Position numbers and translations under genes: made by a program. Source: Thraustochytrium aureum (Eukaryota). From it: DNA of 64,000 nucleotides. The notes beneath the pieces are model-generated. The model saw only the letters and a list, made by a program, of their open reading frames with translations, did no database searches and had not been told where the DNA came from. Where the stretch lies: positions 154,592 to 218,591 of the forward strand of contig BLSG01000310.1 of assembly GCA_012862495.1 (NCBI GenBank), given 5' to 3'. This document shows, in pieces, positions 9,472-20,317 of the stretch (position 1 is its first letter; every line of letters starts with the position of its first letter).

Positions 9472-12400
9472 ATGAAGAGGGGCGCGTCAGATTTTGCTGA
9501 CAGCGACAAGCCCGTCAAGCGGCCCGCCGGGGACGCCGGCTCCGCTGCGGCCGACAACCTCAGCGACAAGGCAAAATTNNNNNNNNNNNNNNNNNNNNNN
9601 NNNNNNNNNNNNNNNNNNNNNNNNNNNNNNNNNNNNNNNNNNNNNNNNNNNNNNNNNNNNNNNNNNNNNNNNNNNNNNNNNNNNNNNNNNNNNNNNNNNN
9701 NNNNNNNNNNNNNNNNNNNNNNNNNNNNNNNNNNNNNNNNNNNNNNNNNNNNNNNNNNNNNNNNNNNNNNNNNNNNNNNNNNNNNNNNNNNNNNNNNNNN
9801 NNNNNNNNNNNNNNNNNNNNNNNNNNNNNNNNNNNNNNNNNNNNNNNNNNNNNNNNNNNNNNNNNNNNNNCCCCGTCGCTGGCCCGGGCACCAACGCAGC
9901 CAACCTCAAGGTTGGCGCGGAGGCGTCCGGCCCGATGAAAAAGGGCGGCGCCGGACCCGGCGAGGCCAAGCCGGTCATCAAGCAAGACCTGCACCCGGTG
10001 GACCTCTACCCAAACTCCGAGAGGCCCGCCGGGGCGCCGTTCATGTCTTCCCTGAACCCCGCCATGGCGGCCCCGGTCGTGACCAAGGTCGCCGGCGGCG
10101 CACAGTTCGTGACCACGCAGCACCGACCGGTGGGCAACACCAACAACGGTCTGGCGCCTGGCCAGACAGGCGTGGGCGGCCCCGGATCCGGATTCGTCAT
10201 GTCGGCTCCCCCAGCCGGAATGCTCGGCGCAAGCATGGGCGGCTCGGCTCAGCGGCAGCTCGGCGTCGAGGACGCGCTCGCGTACCTGGACAAGGTCAAG
10301 CGGCAGTTCCATGACAGGCTCGAGGTGTACAACCAGTTCCTGGAGATCATGAAAACTTCAAGTCGCACAACATCGATACGCCGGGCGTGATCAACCATGT
10401 GTGCGAGCTCTTCAAGGGCCACGACAACCTGATCCTGGGCTTCAACACCTTCCTCCCGCCCGGCTTTAAGATCGAGCGCAGCAGANNNNNNNNNNNNNNN
10501 NNNNNNNNNNNNNNNNNNNNNNNNNNNNNNNNNNNNNNNNNNNNNNNNNNNNNNNNNNNNNNNNNNNNNNNNNNNNNNNNNNNNNNNNNNNNNNNNNNNN
10601 NNNNNNNNNNNNNNNNNNNNNNNNNNNNNNNNNNNNNNNNNNNNNNNNNNNNNNNNNNNNNNNNNNNNNNNNNNNNNNNNNNNNNNNNNNNNNNNNNNNN
10701 NNNNNNNNNNNNNNNNNNNNNNNNNNNNNNNNNNNNNNNNNNNNNNNNNNNNNNNNNNNNNNNNNNNNNNNNNNNNNNNNNNNNNNNNNNNNNNNNNNNN
10801 NNNNNNNNNNNNNNNNNNNNNNNNNNNNNNNNNNNNNNNNNNNNNNNNNNNNNNNNNNNNNNNNNNNNNNNNNNNNNNNNNNNNNNNNNNNNNNNNNNNN
10901 NNNNNNNNNNNNNNNNNNNNNNNNNNNNNNNNNNNNNNNNNNNNNNNNNNNNNNNNNNNNNNNNNNNNNNNNNNNNNNNNNNNNNNNNNNNNNNNNNNNN
11001 NNNNNNNNNNNNNNNNNNNNNNNNNNNNNNNNNNNNNNNNNNNNNNNNNNNNNNNNNNNNNNNNNNNNNNNNNNNNNNNNNNNNNNNNNNNNNNNNNNNN
11101 NNNNNNNNNNNNNNNNNNNNNNNNNNNNNNNNNNNNNNNNNNNNNNNNNNNNNNNNNNNNNNNNNNNNNNNNNNNNNNNNNNNNNNNNNNNNNNNNNNNN
11201 NNNNNNNNNNNNNNNNNNNNNNNNNNNNNNNNNNNNNNNNNNNNNNNNNNNNNNNNNNNNNNNNNNNNNNNNNNNNNNNNNNNNNNNNNNNNNNNNNNNN
11301 NNNNNNNNNNNNGATGGATGGCCGGGGGGTCGGCGGGCTGCCTGGGCTCGGCGGCGCGCAAATGGCGGAAGACAACGCGGCGAACGCGAGCACGCAGGGT
11401 CAGCCCGTGGAGTTTGATCATGCGATCAACTATGTGACCAAGATCAAGAAGCGGTTTTCGGCAAAGACGGACACGTACAAAACCTTCCTGGACATCCTGC
11501 ACAGCTACCAGAACGAGCAGCGGTCCATCCAGCAAGTGCTCGACCAGGTCTCCAACCTTTTCAAGGACCACGCCGACCTCCTCAAAGAGTTTACCTACTT
11601 CCTCCCTGACGCTGTGCGCGAGTCGGCCAAAACCGAGCTGGTCAAGCGCGCCGCCAAGGCGCAGCAAAAGGCAAACCGCGCGCGCGCCAAGGCGCTCAAG
11701 GGCGGCAAGAAGGCCGGCACACCGCTGGCTGGCGACGGCGACCAAACCGAGGCGCGCATCCCCCAGTTGGAGCGCAACTTGCTCGGCCGCGTCAAGGCCG
11801 CGCTCGGGACTCGCGAGCTGTGGCACGAGTTCCTCAAGTGCCTCGACCTGTTCGCCCAGGAGCTCATCTCTCGCGCCGAGTTGCTCGCCCTGATTAGCGA
11901 CATCTTTGGCGAGCGCGCCGACCTGCTCGAGGAGTTCGACCGGCTGCTCGCCTCGCGCGGGGCCACAGACGACCCTGTCGAGAGTGCGTGGTTTTCCATG
12001 CCGCTCACCGACATTGACTTTGCCAACTGCAGGCGCTGCACCCCCTCGTACAGGGCGCTGCCGGCCGCGTATCCCAAGGCGCCTTGCTCGGAGCGGACCG
12101 CGATGTGCCGCTCCGTGCTGAACGATACCTGGGTCAGCGTCCCGCTCGGCTCGGAGGACTCGAGCTCCAAGAACCACCGGCGCAACCAGTACGAGGACGC
12201 GCTTTTCAAGTGCGAGGACGACCGGTACGAGGTGGACATGATCATCGACTCGAACAAGTCGGCGATCCGCGCCCTCGAGCCGCTCGCGCGCGAGATCGAG
12301 AGCCTCAGCATTTCGAATGGGGCCGCCTCCAAGTTCCGCTACCGCCTCGAGAAGCGCACCTTGTCGGTGATCCACCTCAAGGCCATCGCGCGCATCTACG

Positions 12401-14500
12401 GCGACCACGGGACGGAGATCCTCGAGCTGCTGCGCCGCAACCCGGCCGGGGCGATTCCGGTCATCCTCAAGCGCTTGAAGGAGAAGGACGAGGAGTGGTG
12501 CAAGGAGCGCCTGGTGCTCAACAAGATCTGGAAGGACACCATGGAGCGCAACTACATGAAGTCGCTGGACCACCGCTCCTTCTACTTCAAGCAGGCCGAG
12601 AAGCGCAGCTTCTCGCAAAAGGTCCTCGTCGGCGAAATCAAGGAGGTCAAGGAGCGCAAGGCCGTTGCGGACTCTGCGCCCGCCAGCGACCCAAAGCCGG
12701 CGGCCCCCGGTGGGCACGAGGCCGAGGCGGCGCCGCGCGGGCCCGTGGACTCGCTCGAGCCCACCGCGGACCCGCTCGACCTCGACGATCACCTGCAGCT
12801 CGCCTTTGAGGACCCCGCCCTGCACCTCGACGTGTGGGGCGTGCTCGCACTCAAGGTGGACCGCGGCAGCGAGAAGCGCGAGGCCGAGAAGGTGGCCGCC
12901 TTTTACGCCTACTTTTTGCACCCCCTCTTCCTGATGCCGAAAAAGTGGCTCAAGGAGGGCAAGGCAGTGCTAGAGAGCCTCAACATCAACGAGCAGCTCG
13001 ACTTGCCCGCAGAGCCCCAGCGCCGCGAGGACGCGTTTCCAGACGATTCCAAAGTGCGGACCCCGTACGGGATCGGGGTGGTGGCCAACTACGACGTCGA
13101 AGCAGGCTTTTACACCGTGCGATTCCCCTACGGCGTGGGCCACATGCGGCCTGCGCTCGTCAAGCTGTTTGCGCCGCCGGTCGCCTCGGCCGTCGCCTTC
13201 TCTGCGCCTGTCGCAATCGCCGACGCGGAGGCGACCAAGGGGGCCGAGGCGAGCGAGGCCCCGGTCCGCAGCAGTTTTACNCGACCGCCGCTCTCTACGT
13301 TTTCCTGCGCCAGTACCACATCCTCTACGACCGTCTCCGCCAGGCCAAACAGCTATGTCTGACCAGCACAAAGCCCAAGCGCGTCAAGCACGTCATCGAC
13401 CGGAGCCACGAGGAGGAGGCCGCCCAGGCCGCTGCCATGGCGGCTGAGAAGGCGGGCGCCGATGCGATGGAGGTCGACGCCGCCGTGGCGGCCGAGGCTG
13501 ACACGCCCGCCGGCCCGGAGCGCGGCCAACTCCTCTACACGCAGCTGCTCTCGCTCGTCTACTCGCTGCTGAACGGGTCGCTCGACTCGCACAAGTTCGA
13601 GGACGAGTGCCGCAACCTGGTCGGGGCTGAGGTTTATTTCCTGTTCACCATTGAGAAGCTCGTCGTCTCAATCCAAAAGCAGCTCAGCACGCTCGTCAGC
13701 GACGACAAGGCGGCCAAGGCTGCGATGGCAGTTGCCGCTGTTTGCGCCAAAGAATCGCCGGCGCCTGCCGACCTTGCGTCTGCGTACGCCGCCAGTGCGG
13801 CCCACCTGTTGACTGACGGTTCGTGCTACAGAGTGCGGTTCCTGCCGGGCAGCTCCGCACCCCTGAGGAGCTTGCCGCGGCCGAGGCCGAGCCGGGTCTG
13901 ATCCCTGCGCAGCCGAGCACCATCGTCAAGCCCAAGAAACGGGTCGTGAGCCTGTGGAAGCTCCCGCCGCGGCTCGGGCTCTCGCTCGTGGACAAGCTGC
14001 CAATCCTGGACGCGCTCCCGGCGGGCACCCCTCCCGCGGCCCTCGCTTCTGGCAAGATTCCGCTCTTGAGCCCGATCGAGCTCGACTTTGCCAACGACCT
14101 CGAGCTGTCCAGCGTGAGCGAGATGGGCACCGAGGCGTTCAACAAGCCCGTGCCGACGCGCGCCACTGACACATCGGCGGACCGCCCGGACAAGCTCTTG
14201 CTGCCGATCTACAAGGTCATCCGCATTGACGCCCCGCCAGCGGTCTACGAAACGATCGAAAAGCACGCCGGGGGGCCTAAACCGTGGTACAAGATCGTTC
14301 TCGACGGCTCGGAGGCTGGCCCCGCGGACGACGCCGCTGCAGGTGCCGACGAGGCCTCAGCGGGCTCTAGTAAAGACGACCCCAAGAAGAAGTCCTCCGC
14401 CGCCGACGCCGACGCAGAAGGCAACGACGAAGCTGACGCTGACAACAATGCCGACCCAAATGACGAGGCCGACGGAGACGCCGAAATGTCTGAGGCCTAG
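9472..14500 (+). CDS. SIN3: Paired amphipathic helix protein SIN3 (HDAC corepressor scaffold); gaps and frameshifts at ~10355, ~13281, ~13850
   Basis: PAH1 [15 protein letters not shown]...[15 protein letters not shown]2 [21 protein letters not shown]-interacting domain CTPSYRALP...[10 protein letters not shown]...[30 protein letters not shown]. Sin3_[11 protein letters not shown]...LFTIEKL. Confidence 0.95.
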
Positions 14501-14811
14501 ACCATCTGCCGACAAGAGAGCAGCAGCGCGGTCGCCACCAACAGCCAGAAACATCCCAACACTCTTCATACATTTCTCAGCCTCTCTCAACCCATGGTCC
14601 CTCCGCTCAGGATCCCAGGCACACGCGCGCACGAGCGCCCGGAGGGTCGGATGTCCTGCGTCCGCCTCTGAATACCGTAACGGGTCTATTATTCTGGCCC
14701 ATTCTTCCATGCGTCGTTGCACCCTCCCTCCGGTCTCGCAGCGACGGGCACGGCGCAGACCACCATCGCGGCCTGCGCACGATTGTCGAGCCTGGTTGAG
14801 CGTTGTTCGCG

Positions 14812-17398
14812 ATGGCGGACGCCGTCGTGGTGCGGCTCGCCAAGGGCGGTGCGGACGCCGCAGTTGACGAAGCGGTCAATGTCTTGGCCGAGCTCGCCAA
14901 AGGCGACAGAGCCAAGTGCGAGGATGTGGCGATGCGGAAAGTCCCCGCTGCGGCAGCGCGAGGCAATGTCGGGCAGGAGCTGGCGCGAGCGGTGTGCAAG
15001 CGGATTTCTGTGGAATGGGCTGCGGACTCGACCCTGGACCAACTCGCGGCGGTGGTGAAAGCCGCGTGCGAAGACGAGCCCGCCGCAACCCTGCAAGCGC
15101 TTGCAGTGCTGCTGCTCGTTGACCAGGGTGCGGACGTGCACGTGCCGGTGCGTTCGCTGGGGGGCAAGTCGGCGCTGCAGTTTGCTTCCAAGCTATCGAG
15201 CGGGCGCCTGTTCCGGTGGATGGTGGCGCACGCCGCGCGGGCGGAGGCTGTGCGGCAGCTCAGGGAACGCCCGGTCGATCCGACGGTTTACAGGGCGCTC
15301 CGCGCGCGAATCGAGCGAGCGAGAGGAGAGTTGGCGTCCATTCATGCCGAGCATGGCCAGGTCCTCGTGGCAAGCGCGCACTTGATCGAGTCGGGCGCCC
15401 TAGGAGCCCTCGCCAAGCAGAGCTCACGCAGCAAAGTCCAAAACCAGAGGACGCGTTTGATGCTTCTGATAAAAGCGACTCCGGCTCGGGCTCGCAAAGC
15501 TCTGCGGCAAGCGCCAGCTCGGATTCGGAGGAGGAACCTGCTTTTCGCGCGAGAGCCAAGTCTAACGTTGCTGCCACAGCTCGGGGGCGACCCCGGGGTT
15601 CTGGCCCTCGGGCCGCCGATGCTGGCCTGGCGGCGGGCGGCGACCAGGCTTTACCAGATAGCCACCACCGCGACGGGGGCGAGACCGACTCCGACGAGGA
15701 CAGCAGTGAGGACGACGTCTCGCTTGTGGAAAATGTTGACCAATTTGGGGCCAGCGCGGAGGGCGGCGACGAGGCGCTTCCAGAGGCTCTCCCAGCCAAG
15801 CGCGCCTCGCGCGCAGGACTCGCCGGTGAGAAAAAGGGCGCTGTGGGCAATCCTGCTACAGATTCCACAGATACGGCAAATCCAGCAGCAAGCGGTTTGG
15901 GTTCGCCGGGCGGGGGCGGCTTGAAGCCCCGAACGGAGGTCGGCGCCGCGCCGACAAAGGACTCGGAAGGGATCAACAGAAAGAGCAAGAAGAAGGAGAA
16001 CGGTGGGAAGCAAGCCGCAGAGCACAAACTGGCTGGTTCTGCGTCGCCAGGCGAAGCTGGCAAAGCGCCGGCCCAGGCCGCAGACGACGATGGCGAGGAT
16101 TCCCTGGACAGTCTTCCGAGCAAGGCCACTGGCCGCGACTACTTTGACTCAAGCTCGGACGACGACAGGGTCCGGGGCGGCCAAGACGATAGGCCGCGCA
16201 GTCCCAAGACCATTAGCGGAGTGGACGACGTCTCGAGCTCGGACGAGGGCTCCGACGGCGCTGTGAGCCCCGCCGGCGGAACTCGTGGCCTTGAAGGTGG
16301 GCAAGGAGAGTCGAAGAGCGTTGTGCGCGTCCCTTTCCTGGCGCGGCTGCATGCAAACGCCTCGAAGATGATGAGATCGGGCATCGTCAGCCGCATGCGT
16401 TGGAAGAGTGCCAAGACGAAACAAGGCGGCAAACCAGCAAAAGCTTCATCTGACAAGCCAGACAACGCGCAGACAGATGTAGTCGGCCCTGGGGAGCCAA
16501 CGGAGGATTCCGCGACGCACGGTGGCGCCGAAGCACCCTGCGACGAGGGGCAAGACGAGAACGAAGTGCATGACCGCAACCTAGCGAAAAGCTCGAAGAA
16601 TGCGACGAGCGAGGACGCCAAAACGGCTAGCGAAGTGCACAGGGCCAAGGAGACGGAGCACGAGGACAGGACGACGACGAGGAGCAGGAGGAGGAAGAGG
16701 AGGAGGGAAACACCTCCGAATCGGGGGGAGAGGATGTCGACACTCCCAAAAACGCCTCGCCGACACAAGCTCGTGAGGCCTCGCCAAGCAGGTCGCCCAA
16801 AACTTCTGCAGCTGGTTCCCCGGCGCCAAAATCCATGGTTGACTCGCCGGGAAGTGCATTTGGCAAGTTGGCGTCGCCCGGGATCGCCCGAGAGGACGGC
16901 TCGACCCGGTCGGATGTTGTGACGAAGACCCCAAGGAGCGATGCGCACGCGCGTGGCAGGCCAGATCGCTCGCCAGGGTCGCCCGGTTCGCCCGGTTCGC
17001 CAGGGTCGCCCGGTTCGCCAGGGTCGCCAGGGTCGCCCGGTTCGCCAGGGTCGCCCGGTTCGCCAGGGTCGCCAGGGTCGCCAGGGTCGCCAGAGTCGCC
17101 AGGTCGCGATGGCTCAGATGACTCAAAAAGCAACGCAGAGACCGAAGCAGAGGCCGAAGCAGAAAGCGAGGCAGAAACTGGCAGCGAGGCTGAGTCACCA
17201 GGGTCGCCAGGGTCGCCAGGGTCGCCAGGGTCGCCAGGGTCGCCAGGGTCGCCAGGGTCGCCAGGGTCGCCAGGGTTGCACAACAAAATCTCTAGTCAGA
17301 GCGGGACGAACAACACACGAGAAGCACAGGCCGGTGATGGGGCGGCCGAGCAACCTGCTCCCGGCGCTTACAACCCGGTAGACATGGACGACCTCTAG
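14812..17398 (+). CDS. Hypothetical protein with N-terminal ankyrin-like repeat and long acidic/Ser-Pro-rich disordered tail with (SPG)n arrays; frameshifts ~15440 and ~16670
   Basis: LLLVDQGADVHVPVRSLGGKSALQFA resembles an ankyrin repeat. ORFs 14803..15924, 15216..16922 and 16835..17398 join into one compositionally coherent protein. Confidence 0.6.
16970..17104 (+). repeat. 9-bp coding tandem repeat, 15 units (TCGCCAGGG/TCGCCCGGT), encoding (Ser-Pro-Gly)n
   Basis: Counted directly from the sequence. Confidence 0.95.
17195..17275 (+). repeat. Second 9-bp tandem repeat, 9 units, encoding (Ser-Pro-Gly)n
   Basis: Counted directly from the sequence. Confidence 0.95.
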
Positions 17399-17513
17399 GA
17401 CGACCTCCCAGATTGAGTCCCAATTGAAAGACAAGCGAGAAGAGGAGAGGAAAAGGTGAAGGTGAGAAACATCAACTTGGCATGGCTCCTCAGTCACGCT
17501 GCTATGTGAGAGA

Positions 17514-18285
17514 TTATTCGGAGTGGGCCACAGGCGCGGCCGGGGGCTCCGCAGCATCCGCAGCATTGGTAGCCTCGGCGCCCGACAACGCCTTGGCGTC
17601 CTCAACTGCAGGAGCTTCGGCGGCTTCGTCAGCTCCAGTCGCCCCCTCCGTCGCTTCGGCGGTCGCAGTCGTCGCCGCTGGTTGCTCGTAGCTGCCGATG
17701 AGGGGATACTTTTCGTAATACTTGCTGATCCAGTCGTCGAGGATCTTGAGGTCCTTCTCCTCGAGGTCGTCAATGTTGGAGTTCTCAACATCCTCCTGCT
17801 TGAGCGACATGAGCGCCAAGGCGCGCTGCGCGTTGTGGCCTGCGAAAAGGTGGTAGCCACCGCCAGGTCCATAGAAGCTCGCTCCGGTAGAAACGTCAAA
17901 GACCAGGCCACGCGCGGCAATGTAAATCGGCGCCCCGTCCTCCCCCTTCGCCGCCGCGAGCTCCTCGGGCGTCACGAGCCGCTGCTCGATCACATTGCCG
18001 AGCTTGTGGTACTTTTCGCGAAACAGCTCGACCTCCGCCTCCGCCGCGTCCCTCCTTGTTCTTGCCAAACCACGCGCCAAACTCTTCCCGCACGGCCTCC
18101 ACATCATTCGTGACATCAAAGATCTCCCCGGCGAGCGCCACATAGGCGTGCGTCTTCTCGCCCTGGCCGTCGTACCGAGCGAGTTGCGCGAGGCACATGT
18201 CCCGCGGACGCCCCTCCGCCTTCACCCTGCTGTCCTCCGCCACATCGCCCGCCTCATTATGCTCCGAAGACTCTCCGTTGCCCAT
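17514..18285 (-). CDS. MAPR (PGRMC/Dap1/neudesin-type) cytochrome b5-like heme/steroid-binding protein with two tandem domains; frameshift ~18050
   Basis: Domain 2: IYIAARGLVFDVSTGASFYGPGGGYHLFAGHNAQRALA...LDDW...KYPLIG. Domain 1: QLARYDG...YVALAGEIFDVT...KYHKLG. N-terminus MGNGES. Confidence 0.85.
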
Positions 18286-19340
18286 CCTCAAAACGCCTCC
18301 AACTCGTGCTCCTGCTCCTCCTGCGCCCTGCGCCTCGCCCCGTCCGGCCTCTGCCGCGCCCGCGCTCGTGCGTCGCTCTGACCCTCTGTAAACGAATTTC
18401 TTGGGGATATAGCCTGTCGCCGCAGGTATAGAGGGGGAGGTTTCCCGATTTTATCTCGCCGTGTGCCTCTTGGCTTGACAAGAACCAAGCGCTCTCTCTG
18501 CCTGTCGGCCGTCCTTCGACCTGAATCTGAACTGATGGCAAGCGCTTGCTCGCTTGCGGCAGCGATTCGCAGACCGGGCTGGACGGCTCTCAGCGGTGAC
18601 GCCCGAGGCCGAACGGGCAAGGTCTATCTCCTCGGGCTCGCAGCCTGAAGAAGTTGGCCCGGAAGCCGCTCGCGGGCTCAAGCGTGAACGAGCTCGCAGA
18701 TCATCCATGCCCAGTGGGCGGGTGCCACACTGGCGGTTGGCCGGATACGGAGGCCAGCGCGCAACGCGCGAAGCCGCCTCGCGCGAGCGCAGCCCGACGG
18801 ACAATCCTGCACGAGAACGTCCCACCACCAGCGAGCGCATCAATGCATGATCAGAATCCAGTAACCTCTACCCAGGTCCCACTCCACGTTGTAGAACGAG
18901 AAGATTAATTTTAAATCAGAAGCAGATTCCGCGAGTACCGGCCGGAACGCGGCCTCCTTCGAGCACAGCCCAACGAAAACCGTCCCGCACCCCACTCGCG
19001 CACATCGCGCCACCAAACTTCGCATGCCAGGCCCTCCAGGGCCACGATCAGAACGCAGGATCCAGGCCCCGCTCCGCGCAGCAAGTAGTTGGTACGCGTA
19101 GAAAAGTACCAACAGCACCGCCCCGAAGTTCGCANNNNNNNNNNNNNNNNNNNNNNNNNNNNNNNNNNNNNNNNNNNNNNNNNNNNNNNNNNNNNNNNNN
19201 NNNNNNNNNNNNNNNNNNNNNNNNNNNNNNNNNNNNNNNNNNNNNNNNNNNNNNNNNNNNNNNTTCCGATCATGCGCGCTCTCACGCGACCCGCAAACCC
19301 CGCCGCCCCCGCCTCCAGCGCGAGCACAGAGGGCGCCCCT

Positions 19341-19385
19341 CTATAAAAAATAAAAGCGTAGAGTTTCCATGTATTATAATAATAG
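19341..19385 (+). promoter_or_regulatory. AT-rich island with TATA-like TATAAAAA upstream of SDHC
   Basis: ctataaaaaataaaa...tattataataata in a high-GC context, ~200 bp 5' of the SDHC ATG. Confidence 0.35.
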
Positions 19386-19566
19386 AGGGTCAACAGGTTA
19401 GGCGGACAGACGCCAGTGAGCGACGGACGGAAGGAAGGAGCAGCGGCAGAAGCAGCAGCAGCAGTCGCGAGCACGAGCAGGGCAGTAGCGTTTGCGAGCA
19501 CGAGCACGAGCAGGAGCAGGAGCTGAGTTGCGGGGCGCGCAGGGCTGTGCAGTGGAGGCTGGAAGG

Positions 19567-20070
19567 ATGAGCATGCTGCCGGTGGCGACTCGGGCGATGG
19601 CCGCGGGCTTCGTGCGGCGCGGCGCGGTGCTTGGGCCGGCCGCTGTGGGCGTCGCGCGTCGGTCGGTTGGTGCGCAGGGCGTGCAGGTCGCGGAGATGGC
19701 GACTGTGCCGAAGAAGGACCGCCCCGTCTCGCCGCACGTGATGATCTACGCTTGGCCGCTCGCGGCCATCTCGTCGATCACGACGCGCATCACCGGCGGC
19801 GTGCTGACGGTCGGCGTCTACGGGATCGGGATTGGCTCCCTGGTGGGCGCCGATATGGCTGGCGTCATGGCGACCCTGGGTTCGTCCAGCATTGGCCCGC
19901 TCGTCAAACTCGGCGTCGCGTTCCCGCTGACCTACCACTTCCTCGGCGCTGTCCGCCACTTTTACTGGGAGCGCCGCCCGGAAGGGCTCAACCCCGAGTC
20001 CCAGAGGAGCTCCTCCCTGGGTATCTACGGCGTGGCTGGCGCTGCCAGCGTGATTGCCATGATTCTCTAA
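19567..20070 (+). CDS. SDHC: Succinate dehydrogenase cytochrome b560 subunit with mitochondrial presequence
   Basis: RPVSPHVMIY, ISSITTRITG and TYHFLGAVRHF; three TM helices; Arg/Ala-rich N-terminal presequence. Confidence 0.93.
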   Translation: MSMLPVATRAMAAGFVRRGAVLGPAAVGVARRSVGAQGVQVAEMATVPKKDRPVSPHVMIYAWPLAAISSITTRITGGVLTVGVYGIGIGSLVGADMAGVMATLGSSSIGPLVKLGVAFPLTYHFLGAVRHFYWERRPEGLNPESQRSSSLGIYGVAGAASVIAMIL

Positions 20071-20317
20071 TGTTAATGTTGGAGAACGCGAAAGATTGTC
20101 CCAGTTCCATTTCTTTCTTGCGCACTTGGCTTTTGCACTTTGCTTTTGCATGCTAGCCTGGCGAGGAAAAGCACTCGGGCGGCCTCGCACAAGAGCCACA
20201 AAAGCCCAGCCGGTGAGGGGCGACTTGCTGGGAAGCGTTATAATTATGGTACTCCTCCCACAGGCTACGTAAGACGCTCGAGGGACAGGTGGGAGGAGAC
20301 ACGCCCTCTCTGGAGAG

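Noticed and set aside
10249..12921. Long antisense ORFs opposite SIN3, STT3, myosin, PLD, GlnRS and the M14 gene
   Set aside because: These are shadow ORFs expected from high GC3 coding sequence, with no recognisable domains.
16970..17275. Tandem repeats (here and at 49248, 35016) as CRISPR arrays or telomeric repeats
   Set aside because: There are no unique spacers and no cas genes, the context is eukaryotic, and the units do not match telomere motifs.
16627..17286. Minus-strand collagen-like (GDP/GEP)n ORF as a real gene
   Set aside because: It has no ATG or signal peptide, and the plus strand continues the frame of the upstream gene.
18400..19134. Short ORFs between MAPR and SDHC
   Set aside because: The region lies between divergent genes and the ORFs show no protein-like features; it is most likely promoter or UTR.
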